The notes below the pieces were generated by a model, which had not been told where the DNA came from, searched no databases, and saw only the letters and a program-made list of their open reading frames with translations. A DNA stretch of 64,000 bases from Chromatiales bacterium (GTDB lineage Bacteria; Pseudomonadota; Gammaproteobacteria; Thiohalomonadales; Thiohalomonadaceae): positions 97,837-161,836 of the forward strand of contig QKFD01000024.1 in NCBI GenBank assembly GCA_003251535.1, written 5' to 3'. Both the position numbers and the translations under genes were made by a program. Position 1 is the stretch's first letter. Every line of letters begins with the position of its first letter. Positions 59,370 to 64,000 of this stretch are shown piece by piece.

Positions 59370-60054
59370 TTGATCCACTCCGCAAGGGCAGATTGACCGG
59401 CCCAACAGCCGGCAGTGCCGGCAAGCTTACGGAGGGTGTGTGATCTTCCTGTTCCGATTCAGTTGCTTCCGTGTGACAGGTGCAGCGCGTACCGCCGAGG
59501 GAGTGCTACCGGGGGAGATTTATACACAACGCCCAAGCGTCGGTCAGGATCTATAAGGTGGCTATCAGGGCGGTCTCACAGGCATGAGGAGAGGCGCGGA
59601 AGAGGAGATTAACTGATTGATTTCTATCTGAAGCGTACACCGTTATCCAAACACCTAGGCGCTTTGCCATGACGCCACCGCCATGGGGTGGAGGCGCCTA
59701 CGCCCCCAACTGTTCCACAGAGTTATCCACAGCTACGGTAACGGTGTTGGAGAGACGCAGCGCGCGGGATTTTTACCTCATAAAGCGGCCAACGGAACCC
59801 GGCCAGCGCCGCCCGCTCCGCCCCGCCAACAGCCCCTCTTGGCCTTACCTCCAACCAGCGTCGCCCAAGGCACCCCGCTGGCCCATCCCCGCCCCTCCCT
59901 GATAGCAGTCACCCGGGGGAGCGGGTGGGTCGGTGCGCCGTTCGCATGGCATGAACCCGGATGTTCCGCCCGTTCCCATAGCGCCCCCCGTACCACCCGC
60001 TCTCCCGGGCAACCGCTGCCAAGTCGTATCTCCGGCAGCGGGGTAATACCATCA

Positions 60055-61701
60055 TCAGACGCGGAACTGCTCCACCACCCGGCGTAGCTGCTCCGCCAGT
60101 TGCGCCAGATTCTCTCCAGCGGCCTGGGTCTGCGCCGCGGTGCGGGCAGTCCCCTCGGCGCTGGAGCTGATCCCCACCACATTGCGGTTGATATCTTCCG
60201 TCACCGCGGTCTGCTCCTCGGCCGCACTGGCGATCTGGGTACTCATCTCGCTGATGACCCCCACGGCACGGGTGATCGCCTGGAGCGCCTCACCCGCCCC
60301 TTGGGCGCTCGCCACGCTCCCGCTCGCCCGCTGGCGGCTGTTCTCCATCAAGCTCACCGCCTGCCGCGTGCGCCCCTGCAACTTTTCGATCATCGCCTGG
60401 ATCTCACCGGTGGAGGCGCCCGTGCGACTCGCCAAGGTACGCACCTCATCGGCGACGACGGCGAAACCGCGCCCCTGTTCGCCGGCCCTGGCCGCCTCAA
60501 TAGCGGCATTGAGGGCCAGTAGGTTGGTCTGCTCGGCGATCCCGCGGATCACATCGAGTACCCCACCAATACGTTCACTATCCTGCTCCAGCTCCTGGAT
60601 CAGCTGGGCGGTATTGTCCACCTCCTGGGCCAAGGCGCCGATGGTAGCGATGGCCTGCTCCACCACCCGCTGCCCCTCGCGGGCATTGCTATCGGCCTCC
60701 TGGGCCGCCTCAGCGGCATCACCAGTGGTCTTAGCGACCTCCTGCACCATGGCCGCCATCTGGGTGACGGCGGTCGCCACCTGCTCGGTGGCAGAGTGCT
60801 GTTCACTGATGGCACGGTTGGTCTCCACGGTGAAGAGGGAGAGCTGCTCCGCCGCCGCCGCCACCTGGTTGGTTGAGCTGTTCACCTGACCAATGGTCCC
60901 GTGCAGCTTGGTCAGAAAGGCGTTGAAGGCGAGTGCCAGTTGACCGATCTCATCCCGCCCGCTCACCACCACCCGAGCGGTCAGATCACCATCACCGTGG
61001 GCGATATCTTCCAAGCGTACCAACAGGTTCTGGAGCGGTTTGGCCACCACCAACGGAAAGATGATGGCCAGCGCCACACACAGCACCACGCCCACCACCA
61101 GGGCAATCAACTGATTGACAGTGCTACTATCGACCACCTGCCCCATGGTGGTGACCTCACCTTGAGAGGCCTTATCCAGCTGCTCGGTGAGGCGGTCGAT
61201 GACCCCACGCATCACCTTGAACTGCTCATCCGCGTGGCCAAAGCTCAGCTCAATCGCCGTGGAACGGCCTGCGCGGGTGTTGCTAGAGCGCTGCTTGGCC
61301 ACCTCTTCCGTAGTGGTTAACCACTCAGCAAAGCGGGCGTCAAACTCCGCCACCATCGCCTTGGCCTCCGCGGAGTGGGTCAGCTGACCAAAGCTATCCA
61401 CCCGCCGCTTTGCCTGCTCAATATTCTCCTGATGTTGTGCCAATAGGGCGCGGTACTGCTCAGAGTCAACATCCACGAAAATGAGGCTGCGCTCGGCCAC
61501 CTGCGCCTGATAGAGATCTCGATCGGCCTGTAGCACCAGACTCAGCCCCGGCATCAACTCCGCCGCAATGGTCTCGCCGCTGTGACTTAAACGCCACACA
61601 TCGCGCACCCCCATGGCGGCGATCACCGCCATCACCAACGCCAGCAGCAGGCAGGGGATGGCCAGCTTGTAGCGAAAAGGCAAGTCGTTAATCATCTTCA
61701 T
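60055..61701 (-). CDS. Methyl-accepting chemotaxis protein (4HB periplasmic domain, HAMP, MCP signalling domain)
   Basis: Start chosen at MKMINDLPF (GGAGGG Shine-Dalgarno). Two TM helices, HAMP, and a highly conserved signalling hairpin ([30 protein letters not shown]). 548 aa. Confidence 0.85.
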   Translation of the reverse strand: MKMINDLPFRYKLAIPCLLLALVMAVIAAMGVRDVWRLSHSGETIAAELMPGLSLVLQADRDLYQAQVAERSLIFVDVDSEQYRALLAQHQENIEQAKRRVDSFGQLTHSAEAKAMVAEFDARFAEWLTTTEEVAKQRSSNTRAGRSTAIELSFGHADEQFKVMRGVIDRLTEQLDKASQGEVTTMGQVVDSSTVNQLIALVVGVVLCVALAIIFPLVVAKPLQNLLVRLEDIAHGDGDLTARVVVSGRDEIGQLALAFNAFLTKLHGTIGQVNSSTNQVAAAAEQLSLFTVETNRAISEQHSATEQVATAVTQMAAMVQEVAKTTGDAAEAAQEADSNAREGQRVVEQAIATIGALAQEVDNTAQLIQELEQDSERIGGVLDVIRGIAEQTNLLALNAAIEAARAGEQGRGFAVVADEVRTLASRTGASTGEIQAMIEKLQGRTRQAVSLMENSRQRASGSVASAQGAGEALQAITRAVGVISEMSTQIASAAEEQTAVTEDINRNVVGISSSAEGTARTAAQTQAAGENLAQLAEQLRRVVEQFRV

Positions 61702-61743
61702 TGCAGCACCCTCCCGGGGCCCCAACGGCCGAACATGAACGGC

Positions 61744-62298
61744 CTACTTGTCCAGTTCGTCCAGGTTGATACCCACTGTCAGAGCGCCAATGGCATGGCC
61801 GGCATCCATCACAGGCACGGAGACCTGCACCAGGTAGGCCTGGGCGCTCTTATCGAACGTCACGTCACCGATATAGACCGCCCCCTTCCCGTGGGCGAAT
61901 GACTCGGTGAACTTCTCCTCATCCCCCTGCCAGTAGTCGGAGGTCTTGTTGGTCATGGCCACATTCGCCCCCTGGTTATCCATCAGGAACAGCTCCAGAA
62001 AGTAGGGGGCAGAACGCTCCAGCTCTAGCAGCGTGCGGGCGGCGTTGGAGCTCATCAACGCCTTCATATCGTCATTCAACCCCTCCGTAGCTATCCATAC
62101 CTCATCCTTGGCACGGATGGTAGTGAGGTCCATCCCTAGGTTGTTCTGCTCCTTCACGGCGGTCACCAACACGGGATTGCGACCCCACTCTTGCAACTTA
62201 GGGACAAGGGCCTTGACCGATGCGGGGATCTCCTCGGCATAGGCAACGCCGGAGCAGAGCCATAGGACGGTGACAAGCATGGAGATGAACCTGTTCAT
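61744..62298 (-). CDS. Periplasmic sensory-like protein (PDC/Cache-like fold candidate), secreted
   Basis: 184 aa with a signal peptide. Directly upstream of, and co-oriented with, the chemoreceptor gene. Confidence 0.45.
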   Translation of the reverse strand: MNRFISMLVTVLWLCSGVAYAEEIPASVKALVPKLQEWGRNPVLVTAVKEQNNLGMDLTTIRAKDEVWIATEGLNDDMKALMSSNAARTLLELERSAPYFLELFLMDNQGANVAMTNKTSDYWQGDEEKFTESFAHGKGAVYIGDVTFDKSAQAYLVQVSVPVMDAGHAIGALTVGINLDELDK

Positions 62299-62941
62299 GA
62301 CGAACCTCCAGACGGTAAGGGGCGCGGCCCGCGGCCGACACGGTAGTTAAGCGAAGGCAACGCGCGCTGGCGCAACCGATACAGCTCCACTATGCCCCCC
62401 CTAGGCCACCGCCCTCTATCAGCCAGGAGCGCGTCCTCCTGTCGGCCTCACGGTAGGGAGGTGTCGGTCTTGGTCCTACAGATGAGACGGCAGCCCACGG
62501 GGGGAACCATGACACCGTAGTGTCTGAAAAGCCGGTTTGCATGGCCACCGCCCCTCACGCCCCCCGAGGCGCCTTCTGTGGATAGGCAGCGAGGACCTGC
62601 TGTGATGAGTGGGAGGCCTATTCATGCGCCCCTCGAAGCTCTGACCGTTCAGAGGAGACATGTGGGGCCCGTGCACCTAATGAGGCAGCTCCGCCCTCCG
62701 CCATCCCGCCCTCTGGGGGCCCCCTGGAGCCATAAACAAGGATCGGATGACACAACCGCTCAAACTGTATGACAAAAAATAAACACATAACCTTCGCCAG
62801 GCCCCATCACAAACACAATAAGGCGTGACTACCAATTTTGGTCACCCATGATTGACCAAGGTCGTCCAATACGCACCACCCTCTTCTAGGCGCCGACCTA
62901 AAAAGCTAAATAACTCATGGACCACCCGCCCAAAACAACAT

Positions 62942-62957
62942 TGGCACGAGTCATGCA
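62942..62957 (+). promoter_or_regulatory. Sigma-54 promoter for pilA
   Basis: TGGCACG-agtc-ATGCA with GG-N10-GC spacing, about 58 nt upstream of the pilA ATG. Confidence 0.5.
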
Positions 62958-63014
62958 TTAAACCCGACCGGGGAGAGAACCCCAAACACAAAACAATCAT
63001 CAGGAGAAGCGGTC

Positions 63015-63500
63015 ATGCAGAAAGGGTTTACACTCATTGAATTGATGATCGTCGTCGCCATCATTGGCATTTTGACGGCCATTGCTACCCCTGCTTATAA
63101 CGAGTACACCATTCGCAGCAAAGTGACAGAGGGATTGGCCCTAGCCGCTGCAGCCAAAGTCTCTGTAGCGGAAGGGTACTATGCCAATAATGTCGAAGGC
63201 ATATCGGCGGCATCCGCATCATGGACAACCGAATGGGCGCCGACCAAATATGTGCAAGATATCTCTATCGATGGCTTCAGCGGCACCATTTTCATTACCT
63301 ACAGCAGTAATATTCCAGCGATTGGGGGTCTCACGCTTGTCTTGACCCCCAACTCTGGGGGGGGTCCCCTGACCCCTTCTGCGGAGGGTCCCATCGACTG
63401 GGCCTGTGCCAGCATGACCACCTATACAGCGGTCAGCCATGGCCTGACGGCGGTGGCTGGCACCTTGCCCTCCAAGTACGCACCAACCGAGTGCCAATAA
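63015..63500 (+). CDS. pilA: Type IV major pilin (type IVa, PilA)
   Basis: [28 protein letters not shown] prepilin leader/N-methyl-Phe motif with E5. C-terminal Cys pair (CASM...PTEC). 161 aa. AGGAGA Shine-Dalgarno. Confidence 0.9.
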   Translation: MQKGFTLIELMIVVAIIGILTAIATPAYNEYTIRSKVTEGLALAAAAKVSVAEGYYANNVEGISAASASWTTEWAPTKYVQDISIDGFSGTIFITYSSNIPAIGGLTLVLTPNSGGGPLTPSAEGPIDWACASMTTYTAVSHGLTAVAGTLPSKYAPTECQ

Positions 63501-63516
63501 GCAGTGAGGACTTAAA

Positions 63517-63547
63517 GGGAGACCGCCTTTGGGCGGCCTCCCTTTCT
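63517..63547 (+). terminator. Rho-independent terminator after pilA
   Basis: gggagaccgcc-tttg-ggcggcctccc followed by tttct. Confidence 0.55.
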
Positions 63548-64000
63548 ATCCAAAATAGACACCTAAAGAGGAGCACCTCACTCTGCATCACCGACGCACG
63601 CCATTTCCAACCAAAATACACCCGACACAGCACCACTAATCAGAGCCGCACCACAACCCCAACCGACGACACAAATGGCGCAACTAAACAAACCACCACA
63701 CAGGTAAAAAATGCGAGACAAAAACCCGTCAACGGGCACACCACAGTGCATCCATTCACCTTCACCACCACCAACCCACCCTCCAAACACCCATTCACAA
63801 AAATCCTAAATCACCGCCATAGACTAATCCCTTTTATTTTGCCTTTAATCCTTAACAAAAAACCCTATACCGGACCGACTGCCCCCCGTCAAACCGGGTT
63901 ATCGACGCCCCCACCGCCCTCGAACGAAGGCTCCATTCACTGCTTCCGCTCTCCGGTTGACAGCGCCTTTTTCTTACGCCTCTATCGCCGCCCCCTGAGG

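Noticed and set aside
60140-60889. 249-aa plus-strand ORF
   Set aside because: It is antisense to the highly conserved MCP signalling domain.

Overview
This 64-kb window is chromosomal DNA of high GC content (about 65%). Its gene content points to a sulfur-oxidizing, autotrophic gammaproteobacterium resembling purple sulfur bacteria (Chromatiales). Coding density is high, with genes on both strands, and I found no CRISPR array or obvious transposon. The main features, in order along the window, are:

- Dissimilatory sulfur genes: partial aprB, a cytoplasmic SoeABC-type molybdoenzyme and sat.
- moaA, a TauE/SafE exporter, cca, a porin, and rplM-rpsI followed by tRNA-Gln.
- coq7, speD, osmC, crp, and trpG-(MFS)-trpD-trpC.
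- An MscS-family channel and a cytochrome c5.
- The RNA-repair module rtcR/rtcBA with a sigma-54 promoter. It is followed by an unusual tRNA-like element plus a duplicated tRNA 3' half.
- An SNF2 helicase paired with a SWIM/HTH protein that carries a histone-H1-like tandem repeat.
- A TelA-centred four-gene envelope cluster, and an ADP-ribosylglycohydrolase.
- Form II RuBisCO (cbbM), trmL and pyrD.
- A substrate-binding protein plus a large PAS-GGDEF-EAL sensor.
- An OlsF-like bifunctional acyltransferase, a chemoreceptor, and a sigma-54-driven type IV pilin gene flanked by atypical low-GC DNA.

The most novel candidates are the tRNA-mimic RNA co-oriented downstream of rtcBA, the SNF2/SWIM-HTH pair with its repeat, and the TelA/vWA cluster.
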